From positions 124,001 through 188,000 of the forward strand of contig JAKMXF010000266.1 in NCBI GenBank assembly GCA_024704765.1: a stretch of DNA of 64,000 bases, written 5' to 3'. The stretch is from Oopsacas minuta (Eukaryota > Animalia > Porifera). Every line of letters begins with the position of its first letter. The first letter of the stretch is position 1. Below, one piece after another: positions 33,371 through 45,075 of the stretch. Below the pieces are notes generated by a model. It had not been told where the DNA came from, ran no database searches, and was given only the letters and a program-made list of their open reading frames with translations. A program made the position numbers and the translations under genes.

Positions 33371-35047
33371 ATGAATGGTAGAAGCATACTTAGCGACACT
33401 GATAGAGATGAGTTCAGTTTTGATGACGTAGCACCCAAACCCTCTACAACCCTATCACCTATTGACAATAATCCCAAGCATGATATTACATCACAACCTC
33501 CTGCTATATACGTACTGACTGGTCCGAACAATAGTAGTAAGCGTTCTCTTGCTCTGAAACTACAGGCGGAATTCCCAGCCACTTTTGAGAGGGTTATGTC
33601 ACACACTACGAGACAACCACGTCCTCTGGAGACCCCTGGTGTTGATTATAATTATGTTACGAGACAGGAATTCATACAACTTATTCAAGATGATAAATTC
33701 CTACAGTACATATACGTTGGTAAGGATAAACAATACACACCCAATGTTTTTGTATAACCAAAATTTATCTTTCTTTTAGGTAAATCGGATGTTAAAATGA
33801 CTCCTGATATCAATCAGTTACCGGAACATGGAGATTTATTCGGTATAACCAAGACTAGATTTCATCAAGCTTCCCATAGCAACACACTTGCTCTAATATT
33901 AACTCTCCACCCAGCTGCTGTTGACCATATAAGGTCACTTGGCTTAAAAACGGAATACATTTATTTATCATCAGATAATGAAATACCAGTTGATAGGAAT
34001 TTGTTACAATACCCAGGTATTAAGTTGATATCCAGTACAAACACTGCGTTAGCTTACAGCGAAGTTAAAAAGGTTATTTTGCCTGATTTTAAGGTTAAAC
34101 ATACTGGAATTGATGTACAGAAATTTGAATCTTACCTAGCAACGCAAGTTGAATGGGAGAATGTTGGGAATATACAGGCTATACGTGAATGTAATGCTTT
34201 AGAAAACTCGAATATTTCACAGAATTCTGCGAAAATTGTCAACTCTACACACGCATTAGAGTATTTCCGTAACAAAAGAATGCTAGAGTATATCAATAGG
34301 ATAAGATTACCTCCTCAACCGACTGGTATAAGGAAATTGATCAAAATAATATTCGGGCCTCCTGCCCTACACGAATCACTCATAAATGAGCGTAATCTAG
34401 TGTTAGCAATGGCATTACATACATTTGACAACTCAGATAACTTCCATACTGCAATCCTAGATTCAATATACCGGCTGTTAACACGATCTAAAATCAGCTG
34501 TCCACGCTTTGGCAGTCACTGGGAAGAGATAGGTTTTCAGGGAAATGATCCTGCAACCGATTTAAGAGGAGCTGGTATGCTGGGGTTGGTGAACTTGTTC
34601 GATTTCGTAACTTCACCAATTGCCTATCAAATTGCATTAGACATCTTGAAACTATCCCGTGACGTCACTCAAACATTTCCTATGTGTGCTTTATCTATGA
34701 GTTTGACAGTAATGGTTATAACCTTCCTTAGAGATGGGAGGCTGTCTAAAATATGCAATTCCAGGGGAATGGTGTTCTCTGTTGTTAATGACGTGTACAA
34801 AGCTCTATTCTACAAGCTCTATAATATATGGAAATATCAGCATAAAACTATTTGGGATTCTAGCTCAGTACTAACGGAATTAGAATTGGATGCTAAGCGT
34901 AATATACAGAAATTATTGAATGAGTTCTACAATGCATTAACGAGGATTAAATCTGGTGAAAACAGGACTGTTAATGCTAGGAACGAGGAAGTTGTGTTTC
35001 AGGGAATTGATGAAATTGAATTGGAATTATCGCTTACTACGGAATAG
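33371..35047 (+). CDS. ELMOD3: Guanylate-kinase-like domain fused to ELMO domain (ELMOD3-type Arf GAP), two exons, ~538 aa
   Basis: Exon 1 33371-33719 (G|gtaagg) and exon 2 33780-35047 (ttttag|G), in frame. GK signature SHTTRQPRPLETPGVDYNYV. ELMOD3 motifs FGPPALH..L..ERNLV, HWEEIGFQGNDPATDLRGAGMLGL, FPMCALSMSLT, WKYQHKTIWDS..VLTELE. Confidence 0.88.
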
Positions 35048-35126
35048 TAAAATCACAATTATTACCTCCAGTAAAATTGCAGTACATTTATCTAGTGAAT
35101 TATAAATACGTTAATTCAATAAAGTA

Positions 35127-35768
35127 TTAATCTTTATCCAGGTCTAAACTGATAGGTTCCTTGTCCATATGTTTGAAGCAATATTTATATTTTGAATCTT
35201 TATAAATTTTCTGATGAATAACGCTTTCAGATGAGGTTCGACATTTCGCGAGGCATAGTTCAAATGGGTTCTTTATTTTCTTCACGATTAGTTGCATAAA
35301 TTTGACAGGGCTCTTCAAAATAATTTTGAGATTATTTACATTTTTTGGGTGTAAACAGCATGATACACAGTGCTCATACTCAACACAACATCCATTTGTA
35401 TTGCAGGTATTACAATAATATCTTTCCAAGCCAAATCTGTTATCACAACAGCCATTTCTATCAATTTGATTTACTTTGCATATATTTCCAAGATCATCTA
35501 CTGATAAATATTGTTGACCTTGATGGTAATGTTCGCAATGCAGCGACGAATTATCTTCCATATCTCTCCATTCAAATTTCATCTCTTGCAAATTCTCGTA
35601 GATTTTTTCTTGATCTGATTGCAAAGATACATAGAAAATACACATAAATATCATTATTATTGTAACTATAAGAATACTAAAACAGGCTAAACTACGTTTT
35701 TTGATGAATAATAGAACTCTGTTTCTTCTTGGCATAGATATTCTACTGACTTTCCTTTTCATTTTCAT
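35127..35768 (-). CDS. SPRING1: SREBP regulating gene protein (C12orf49/UPF0454), intronless
   Basis: 213 aa type II TM protein with Cys-rich domain: QGQQYLSVDDLGNIC...GCC...YCNTC...GCCVEYEHCVSCCLHP...FELCLAKCRTSSESVIH..YKD..KYC. Confidence 0.92.
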   Translation of the reverse strand: MKMKRKVSRISMPRRNRVLLFIKKRSLACFSILIVTIIMIFMCIFYVSLQSDQEKIYENLQEMKFEWRDMEDNSSLHCEHYHQGQQYLSVDDLGNICKVNQIDRNGCCDNRFGLERYYCNTCNTNGCCVEYEHCVSCCLHPKNVNNLKIILKSPVKFMQLIVKKIKNPFELCLAKCRTSSESVIHQKIYKDSKYKYCFKHMDKEPISLDLDKD

Positions 35769-35919
35769 GTTCTCGTTCTCAACTTAATCATGCTCACACT
35801 GTATAATGCATTTTCTATGCGTTTACTAATATGGTACAATACTAATACCACATATACTATTCATAGTGTCTCTCTCAATTTCCTGAACCACTATCAAACA
35901 CATTATCACTGTTAGAATT
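35769..35919. promoter_or_regulatory. Putative bidirectional promoter between SPRING1 and TXNDC9
   Basis: 151-bp head-to-head gap between the start codons. Inferred from geometry only. Confidence 0.35.
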
Positions 35920-36576
35920 ATGGCTACAAATCAAGCTGCTGAAACAGCGTTATTGAAAGCTGCAGAAATAATAGAAGAACAACTTGATGGCGAAATTGAC
36001 CGACTGGATAAAATGGGTACTGACGATATAGAAAAGCTCCGCGAGCAACGCTTAAAAGCCATGAAAGATAAAGCTAAAAAGCAGCAAGAGCTCGTCGTGA
36101 AAGGTCACGGAACTTATAGGGAGATGCCGAGTGAGAAGGACTTTTTCCAGGAAGTCAAAGACACCGAATTCGTTCTGATACACTTTTTTCGTCCCTCTAC
36201 AATGAGATGTGATATCGTTGATAAACATTTAGCAATACTAGCAGCAAAACATATAGAAACTAAATTTTTAAAAGTAAATGTGGAAAAATTCCCGTTCCTA
36301 GTAGAGAGACTAAAAATCCGTGTTCTACCAACTATAGTGCCTTTCGTCAAAGGATCTGTTGGGGAATATTTGATAGGATTTGAGCTATTAGGTAATCGTG
36401 ATGACTTCAGTACTGATGTGATGGAGTGGAGGCTGGGAGTATTGGGAGTAATCGAGTACAGTGGTAATCTTCTGGAGCCCCCGACTGATAAAAAGCCAGC
36501 ATCTAGAATACAAATTAAACCCAAAACTATTCGTAACAGAGACCCGAACTCTTCTGATTCTGACGAATACAACTGA
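35920..36576 (+). CDS. TXNDC9: Thioredoxin domain-containing protein 9 (phosducin-like 3 family), intronless
   Basis: 218 aa. EEQLDGEIDRLD...LREQRL, GHGTYRE...EKDFF, HFFRPSTMRCDIVDKHL..LA.KHIETKFLKVNVEK.PFLVERLKI.VLPT, GFELLGNRDDFST..MEWRL. Confidence 0.95.
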   Translation: MATNQAAETALLKAAEIIEEQLDGEIDRLDKMGTDDIEKLREQRLKAMKDKAKKQQELVVKGHGTYREMPSEKDFFQEVKDTEFVLIHFFRPSTMRCDIVDKHLAILAAKHIETKFLKVNVEKFPFLVERLKIRVLPTIVPFVKGSVGEYLIGFELLGNRDDFSTDVMEWRLGVLGVIEYSGNLLEPPTDKKPASRIQIKPKTIRNRDPNSSDSDEYN

Positions 36577-37260
36577 GTCCTTGCGTTTAATTTACATACA
36601 CATATACAGACATTACTTGGTAATTACAACAGTTGGATACTGATTATTTAATGTAGTTAATTATTGTTAATTGTAGGTTTCATGTAACACATTAGCCTGC
36701 CTATCAATTGAAATTATGTCTGTTTCACATGAATTAAGTATAATTGTACTGTTTCTTTGCTTCCTTATATAATCTCACATAAATGTATAAGAACAAAGAT
36801 TTGAGGATAATGTATTTTATTTTCTTGATTACAAACTGTTATCAGTCATTATATATCATTCGTAATTGTAATCACAGCGTCGCAATATTTCCCATATAAA
36901 TACAGGGAAGTAATCAGTGTCCTCATTATGTTAGATTACAAGCATCTATTATTGATATAGTTGGAGATGTATAAGAAGGAGCCCCCTTACCTTCAATAAT
37001 TACTTAAACTGACTATTTGTCAGTTGTCTTACACAGAAACAATCCATTGTATTAGCCATATTATCGTATATGTGTGTTTCTAATTAATTTAAATACGCAA
37101 TTAGGAGTGTAATAATTATACGGTAACTATTCTGTGCATAATTTCAATGGATATGATTTTCCATTTTTTAACGTAGTACTATGCTTATTTCTACATTTGT
37201 ATCTTTTTATTCATTCAGTTTTGATTAATATTATACTAATATCACTATAACTGTAGCAAT

Positions 37261-40200
37261 ATGTCTCGTGTAACGCAAGATGAATTTTCCATACCAAATG
37301 TAAAGCGTAGACAGCACCACAATGCTAGTAGAAGGAAGAGTGAAACTGAGTTGACAAAATCCAAACTCATAATACCACCTCATCATCTTGAGCACAAGAG
37401 TACTCTCAGTATACGTCAGAGTGACGTCAAAGCTGGCGCACTGCTGGTCGCGAAAAATGTCAGCTTTTTCCGTCGCCCTAAAGAATTTTGGTTTGTCTTA
37501 AACTGTGATCATTCATTCTTCTCTTACTACAAATCCCGTCAGGATTATATGATGGGAAATAATGCTTGTGGTGTTATAAACATTAGTAAGTGCTCTGTTG
37601 TGATTGATCCAGAGAACAGAGGACAGTTTATTATCACAGAGACTAGATTCAAATCTTTCAAGTGAGTCGATTAGCTTAATTCTAACACAATGGTTATATC
37701 TATCAGTTAACATTTATATTATTGTTTTGTATTTCAGATTGATTGCAGCCAATGATAACGAGCGTAACAGTTGGGTACAAGCATTGCAATTACAGAGAGC
37801 TTACTGGAATAAATCGAAGAGATCAAAAGAAAAGATGTTGTTACAACAACAGTTAACATTATCAGATACTCACACACCTATTACGAATCAGAGACAAAGA
37901 TTCAGTGAGAAAAGTCCTCTCTCTCTCAGGCAATCTTTTTTCAGACAGAACTCATCTTCTATAGAAGAACCCCATTATGAGAGGAGCTCTAGTCTAAGTC
38001 GATCATCAAGCTTAAAACCATTCACTATCTCGTTTAAATTATCTCCTGTCCCCAGAAGAACATTTTTCACCCGTAAGAAATCTGGTTCAGTTGAAAACAT
38101 GCAATTTGTTAAGCCCTGTGATTCAGCTAACCCTAATATACCATCAAATGATTCTCCATTCGCATCTCCCATTAATATCCTACAGAAGGATCTGACTCGA
38201 TCTATCTCATTTGATACTGTAAGGAAACCTTCTCCATTACAAATTGGATCTCCATTGATAGGATCAATGAACACAAATGATGATGAATTAGTGCAGGACT
38301 CAAGGGGAGAGGTGTTTATTAAGTATTCAGGCGGGCATTTCTTAGATGAAGATTTGTCTGATGAAGAAGATATTGTGTGTGAGTATGGGAATCAACCCTC
38401 TACACTAATTGGTGCACAGGTATTATTTATGACATCACTATTTATACGTAACGCCCGTTATATCGAAGCTCATGAGACAGCGATAATTTCTTCGATATAA
38501 GTGGAGTTGACATAGCCGATGGAATATGTGTTACTTTGAAGGTTTGTGACCATATTCGTACAATTTCATACCTCGATATAAGCGGGTATTTTGATATATC
38601 TGTGATCGGTAGTACGGGAGTTGAATGTAATTCTCATCTATTTTGTAGTTAATTATTCGAAATTGTCAGAGAGATCTGCGTGAAGCTAAGCGAGAAATAG
38701 AAAGGTTAAAGTCGAGAGAACAAGGCTACAAGGATCTACTTAATCATAGAGACCAACAGCTACTGGAGTTAGAGGAACAAATAGAGGAGGGAGTCATTGG
38801 TAACCTCTACCATGCTCGTCCTTATAGAAGAGATAATAGCACAGCTTCTTCTAGGATGTCACGGAGAATTGAAGAGCTGAATCATCAGCTAACTCAGCAG
38901 AAAAGAGTAGAAGAAATTATGTACACAGAAGTGAGTTAATACTGACATTCTATAAATGAGATTCTTATTATAATACAGTGAAACCTCCATAAACGGAGAA
39001 TTTCTAGAAACGAGAAAACGGGGTACCATTTGGCGTCCCTGACACTCAGTTTATGTAGATTATCGTTTAGGTACAAAATCTTGAAAAGTTACTATTCCGA
39101 AAAGATGCAGAATTACAATTAGCTAGTGATAAATACGAAGAAACTAGCAAAGCCCTGCGGCAACAGAGGGAAAGACATCTGAATTTAATAGGTTACGGTA
39201 TAACTCATATCCTTGGTAACAGGAATATGATTATATCAGAGCATATGAGAGATGGAGGACAAACTGATATAAAACAGTACTCATTAGAGGAACGATTACA
39301 TCATGACGTCACTTGGTTATGGAGATATTGTAGGAGTGAGGATAAGGAATTGCCAGACTTGAATGTGGAGGGTGGTACTGTTGAAGATAAGTATGGAGAC
39401 ACTTTAGGTAATTATTTTGCTTTGGACATTGTTAGTGGGATACTTTCAGCTCCACTACACATATCAAGTTTACCTACCGCATGAATTTTGTCATTATATC
39501 ACTATCAATAATGATAATGAAATGCCGCCCGCCCGCATACTTAGATTGTTAACAAATTCCAATTTTTATGGAATCCTTATGTTATCTAATACTGTTAGAA
39601 CCTTCTCAAGAAGACTCAGGCTCACTACTGGATTCAGTTCGCTTCTTGACAGAGCATCTGACTGAGCAATCTGCTCAACTCAACACATTCCATCATATAC
39701 CATTCAAAGAAAAGAAAGAAATGAAAAGATTAGTCCGTAAGGGATTACCGGATTTATATAGGAAATCAGTATGGTTGTATGCTATTCGCTTACAAATTAA
39801 TATTATAAGGAAAGGTCAGCCGAAGAACATCTACGAACAATTAGTCAGTGAATCAAATAGAATTAAAACTTCTGTCGCTAAAGATATTGATCTAGATTTA
39901 TACAGGACATTTCCTGCGAATACATTATTTCGAGATAATGAGAAATCAATGGTGCCTACTCTCAGGAGAATTCTATTAGCGTATTCAGTGTTTGATCCAA
40001 AGATTGGTTATTGTCAGGTAAGGAATACATTTTATAATTACAATCAACTCCCGTGTTATCGAAGCTCATTGGACCGCGATAATTATATTATCGGAGTTCG
40101 CTATAACCGATTCTATTTAGGACTATGTTTGTACAAGTTCAGACTCGATACAAGCGAGTATTTTGATATTTCCGTGTTCTATATAATGGGAGTTGAATAT

Positions 40201-43200
40201 TCCATCAAATAAACCTTTTTAAACTACCACAAATTCCTCATAAAAATACATCTTTCCCATTGCTATAATCTCTAATACAATTTACTGTAATTTGATCGTA
40301 ATTATACGTACAATGCACTAGTACTAAGATTACTGTAACAACATATCCTCTGCAATATGTATATATTCACATAATAATGTTATCATAATAGTTCAATGTC
40401 TGGGAATTTAAACAGAGAAGATTTGGAGTTCTTTACGAAAGAACTAAATTATGAGAAATTTGATAAAACAATACTAATCACAGGCGAGCATAATGCCGCA
40501 CAAGATGTACTAACCTCTTTCCTCGATACTAACGCGAAATTTCACGAAAATGAGTTAGTTTCATTACATGAACTGAATATGGATAAGCAAAATATTGGAA
40601 TAGAAAAGATATTACGTGAAGAGAGAATTGAGTATGAAAATCCCATACCCAATGCTCAGGATGTACCCAATATACGAGATTGTATTGAGAAATTAATAAT
40701 AGATTGGGATTTTGATGATAAGAAAGATCTAGATGATAAATTATTGAAATATATGCTCGATAATGAACTAGGTAGTCAGCTGTTTAAGAACAGTATACAA
40801 ATAGAAGATTATCCAATTGAATCTCATCACTATTTAGAAGAAGCTTTGTTTTATTGTCAAAAAGCGCGAGAATATATTAGCCGAGTTGACAAGGCTCAGT
40901 CTCAGGTTAACTACTACCATGGTAAGATCGAAGAATGGAAAAATAAATACTCACAAATCGCTGATAGATACAAAACAGTAGCTGACAGCTTTTTGAAAAT
41001 ATTAACAGACTATGGAGATATTGTACAGTATTGCCTTGATGAAGCTTGCCATTGGAAACGTCTTGCAGAAATCCAGAAACGAAACTCTATGGATAAAATA
41101 CGTATTGGTGATCCGTCTAAAATGAACTGGTGCTCTACCCATATTGATAACCAAGCCGTTAAATACGTGTATATGCCTGCAGATAAGAGAGTCATTGACG
41201 AAGCAACTATTGACGTAGAACTGGTCAAGTGTGGGATAATGCAGCGAGATGGAATTGACGCTTCTATGTTAGCTGTTAAGAGTATTGAAAGTTTTAAAGA
41301 TGAAGAAATGAAAAGTATTTTCGATCGATTGAACACGTATGGTGGTGATTTTAAAGACCGTGGGATGTTAATGATTACAGATGAGGAAGTGGATTTTGAT
41401 CCTGTTAAGGATCGAGAAAAGATTGAGGATATTTTGACTGATAAAGATTGCCCCGAATTCTTCCGTGAAGTAGCCAAGGATTTGGGAGAGCGTATAATTC
41501 CCGTTCATAAAGTTGTAGTTGAAAATGTTTTCCCTGCGATTAATCTAAATAAGTCTGTGAAAAGAGTCAATTTTGGTAGGCAAAATGCGATTCAAAACCA
41601 GAAAAAATTGATAGATGGCATAAAGCGTATTGATGAGGTAACTGAAGGAAAGAAGCATATAAGTGAGATAGCTGAGATTGGTTCTAAGACTTTCATAAAG
41701 TTACAAGAACTGAAGGTTGACGGAATTGATGAGTTAGAAGGCTTGAAAAGGATCGAGGAAGCAATTATACATGAAGTTTTTGAGACTAGAGATGTTATGA
41801 TGCAGGAGAGAGTTGATAAGGAAAGAATTATTGAAGAGAAACGAGTTGAAGAACGTATTTTTGAAAAGGAAAGGGAAGATCGATTAAAAATCGATGTTGA
41901 GAGAGAAAAGGAGGAAGATAGATTGCAACGTCTTTTGGAAGAGATGAAACTTGCTCGGCAAATTCGGAAACAGGAAAAACACAAAGAACAGCTAAGGAGA
42001 AGGGAGAAACAACGAAGAGAAGAAGATGCTAAAATCGAAGAGAGACTAGAATGGAAAATAATTGAAATTAGATTTCAAATCGATGAGAAAATCGACGCAA
42101 ACGACACAATTGATCAAATAACAATAGAATGGCTTAACTCTAACAAAATGCATGAGGATTACAAACAAGTTGAAGAAATGTATGCCGAATTGACTGACGA
42201 CAAAGAATTCCTCAAAAAACTTTACGATCAAGTTGAATTAGCTTATAGTGACAGAGTAGAGTTGAAATTGAAGGAAGTTAGAACACGATGGGATATCCTC
42301 TTACTCAAATACGGAGATATGGGGAAATTAATGTTAATGGGATTCTTCTTTACTTAAAATATTAATCTTAAGCTATAACAAACGAGACAGTAATTATACA
42401 CGTTTTTATGCTCACATGAATTAATAATTTGATTTCTACATTGTAATATGTACATGTAATGTATTGCCATGGTAGTGATGGTGTTACGTTTATTCAATAG
42501 ATTAGTACAGTGGGTTCCGGTCAACTCTCGCAATCTCTTCGTTAGTCTCACGATTTCGGGTCTACAAAACTGTATAATGCCTGGTCTTTTCATATATAAC
42601 TAATTATAAATTGCACATGTTACGATAGAATCGTGAAATGAATCACACCATCCTCTGGAAACACTTTTCTCATATATTCTTCTATATTTTATTCCGATTA
42701 TAAGAATATATATTGTTATTCCCAAGGGAGTTCTTATAACCGGTATCCATTATATTTTAAATGAAGTTACTCCTTCTAGGGCATGAACATGTTGGCTGGG
42801 ATTGCATTACATGTATTGCCAGAAGAAGAAGCATTTTGGTGCTTAGTAACTATCTTACAGAAATTAATGGTAGAGAATTATTACTCAGGATCTCTATTGG
42901 GTGCTATTGCAGATCAAATGGTACTGAATGATCTTATTAAAGATTATTTACCTAAACTGAGCCATCATATGGAGAAATACGGCATAGAACCACATCTTAT
43001 TTGTTTGAATTGGTTTATTACCGTGTTCGCTGATGTCATGCCTACCCATCAAATATTGAAGATATGGGACACATTCTTATTGGATGGCAGAAAGACTATT
43101 TTCAGGTAAAATCTACCAAATTCATTATTTGCAATTGGACGAATTGTTGGTAAATATACTTATGTGTCTGGTATATAACCTACTCGACAGACATTTAACA

Positions 43201-45075
43201 TAATTATTTATTTACAATATTCCACGTTCACAATCAACAACTATCCACTATCCACCAAATGCAATATGCAAAAAATACAAATATAGTTTGAATTAGCAGT
43301 ATTTAAGATTAATCTACATTTTAACCACTAGGTACGCCCTGGCTATACTCCACCTGCATGAGGATAACCTAATGCAGAAAGATGATCCTATCTTGCTACA
43401 CAATTATATACGTCTAGTTTGTGCCCACTGGATTGATTTCGACCTATTACGTCATATCGCTTTCACGAAATTTAAATCTATTCCAAAGACATCTCGACTG
43501 GATGAGTTACATAGAGTACATTTGTTGCCGTTAACTGTTGAGCATGAAAAGAGGGAATCGAAGAAACGCAAGAAAAAAATTAATGTCCCGTTATCTCATT
43601 CAGCATTCTTAATGCCACAAAGTGCTAGTTATTCACCAATTGTACAGCGGCCTAGCAATGAGTCTTCGAAGTTACGCGAAGAGCGGAAATGGGAGTGTGG
43701 GGCTAATCTACTCCTTGTGGAACACGGTTTCCTCCTCTGTGCTGGAGAATGTATGAACTCTTCACTTTATATGTGTAAACCCATTGACAACACTGATGAA
43801 TACTCGTATAATCCACTTGACCTTGAAATAGGTAGCACCGTGTATTGCATGATAGAAATAGGTCCATTCTGGATATTAGGTACATCTAATGGATGGCTTT
43901 ATGGTATAGATAAAGTAACACAACAAATGCTATGGAAATCTGAATTGAAAGAAACTCCGCTATGTTTCTATGCTCCGAATTCTGAGGCCAGTGAAAATAA
44001 TAGGCTATATCTAGGTTTAGCTAATGGGAAACTGCATTCCTTTACGCTACAAGGGTTGCCAATAACGCTTCAGGACGGTTTAATGCTTCCAGAACTGTTC
44101 CCAGCTGATACAGTAGTTGTAGGATTGGGTAATGAACCTATTTCTTGTCTAGAATCTCCTGGAGATAAAATGTTATGTTGTGGGGTAGGAGGACGTATAT
44201 GTGTGCTTGAAACTGAATCCACCCAGCAACTTTATGATATGATAGTTTCATCTGAGAAGAGACGTTCTATCCGTGAAATGCGGAGATCACGATTTGGTTT
44301 ATGGGTCTCCTTGAAGGGAAGTTGTATCCTTCTACTCTACAAAATCCAATCTGACTCCCATACACTAATGCACAAATTAGATTACAATCCTTATATACTA
44401 CCTTCATTGGATTTCACGAAGTTACCACCAAACAATTCAACTCTCCCTCTAGCAGGGAAAGACAACAGACCGACTACAATGTTAGTACGAGGCGATGAGT
44501 TATGGATAGGCACTCACAAGGGTAGTATTCTGGTATTTAACATTGGTAAAGAGAAGAGAGATATTCTAACAGATACACAATTATTGGAAATTCAAAGAAG
44601 CGTTAGCCTAGAGAAGGAATCTTCCATTTTCGGCCTATCAAATGAAATTCCATTAATTGTTATACCAGATTCAGATGAAAGGCAAGAAGTAACTACAGTC
44701 AAATTGTTGACAATTCAAAATATATGTGAACATCCTGTACGAGTATTGCTAGACTGTGATCCTACCGATAATTTGGGCGTTCTAACCGCAGCCGGGGCTA
44801 TAGGTTGTGATGGATCTGTCCGAATCTGGAAAAGAGAGATGAAATCTGTTACCTATAACTCATGTTTCGTAAAATTCACGCCATCAGTATTACCCCCTCA
44901 TTCTCTAGCTGATCCTAATTTTCACACACCCCAAGTCGACAATATTATCGGATTTGGCTGTGAAAATAGTTTAAGTTTTTCTCAAAATAGTTACGCTCCA
45001 AATGGTGAAGTAGAAATCGCTCCGCTATCTCCGATTCATGAAGCTCAAGTAGATGAATTTAGGGATATCAGCTAG
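37261..45075 (+). CDS. TBC1D2: TBC1D2-like RabGAP: PH, coiled coil, TBC domain, plus C-terminal WD40-like beta-propeller; seven predicted exons
   Basis: Approximate exons 37261-37660, 37739-38419, 38649-38932, 39071-39409, 39599-40017, 42780-43106, 43332-45075. PH (FWFV...FSYYKS...GVINIS...LIAANDNERNSWVQALQ). TBC with R finger IDLDLYRT and Q finger GYCQ|GMN joined across intron 40018-42779, then EEAFWCLV, NWFITVFAD, WDTFLLDG, FRYALAIL. Some internal boundaries are less certain. Confidence 0.85.
38447..38627. mobile_element. MITE, CAGTCAACTCCCG family (degenerate left end), in a TBC1D2 intron
   Basis: CCCGTTATATCGAAGCTCA near the left end, internal CGATATAAGCGGG, right end CGGGAGTTGAATG-TA. 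Confidence 0.6.
40041..40197. mobile_element. MITE, CAGTCAACTCCCG family, at the 5' end of the large TBC1D2 intron
   Basis: TA-CAATCAACTCCCGTGTTATCGAAGCTCATTGGACCGCG ... GGGAGTTGAA-TA. Confidence 0.65.
40396..42357 (+). CDS. Uncharacterised 653-aa protein with charged coiled-coil C-terminal half, nested on the same strand in a TBC1D2 intron
   Basis: 1962-nt intronless ORF with ATG inside intron 40018-42779. E/K/R-rich helical region at aa ~460-555. No family motif recognised. Confidence 0.8.
   Translation: MSGNLNREDLEFFTKELNYEKFDKTILITGEHNAAQDVLTSFLDTNAKFHENELVSLHELNMDKQNIGIEKILREERIEYENPIPNAQDVPNIRDCIEKLIIDWDFDDKKDLDDKLLKYMLDNELGSQLFKNSIQIEDYPIESHHYLEEALFYCQKAREYISRVDKAQSQVNYYHGKIEEWKNKYSQIADRYKTVADSFLKILTDYGDIVQYCLDEACHWKRLAEIQKRNSMDKIRIGDPSKMNWCSTHIDNQAVKYVYMPADKRVIDEATIDVELVKCGIMQRDGIDASMLAVKSIESFKDEEMKSIFDRLNTYGGDFKDRGMLMITDEEVDFDPVKDREKIEDILTDKDCPEFFREVAKDLGERIIPVHKVVVENVFPAINLNKSVKRVNFGRQNAIQNQKKLIDGIKRIDEVTEGKKHISEIAEIGSKTFIKLQELKVDGIDELEGLKRIEEAIIHEVFETRDVMMQERVDKERIIEEKRVEERIFEKEREDRLKIDVEREKEEDRLQRLLEEMKLARQIRKQEKHKEQLRRREKQRREEDAKIEERLEWKIIEIRFQIDEKIDANDTIDQITIEWLNSNKMHEDYKQVEEMYAELTDDKEFLKKLYDQVELAYSDRVELKLKEVRTRWDILLLKYGDMGKLMLMGFFFT

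Noticed and set aside
27045-36576. Apparent chaperone/proteostasis cluster (POMP, RPAP3, FKBP2, TXNDC9)
   Set aside because: Different compartments and pathways, mixed strands, interspersed with unrelated genes; explicable by chance in a housekeeping-dense region.
40018-40212. Apparent C-terminal extension of the 39568-40212 ORF beyond GYCQ
   Set aside because: Read-through into the intron (CAG|gtaagg) and a MITE; the TBC motif resumes at 42780.
42354-42593. 79-aa minus-strand ORF converging on the nested 653-aa gene with overlapping stop codons
   Set aside because: No recognisable motif; its more GC-rich part (~42505-42575) looks like a MITE remnant (TACAGT...GGTCAACTCTCG...ACTGTA) and the rest is AT-rich spacer.
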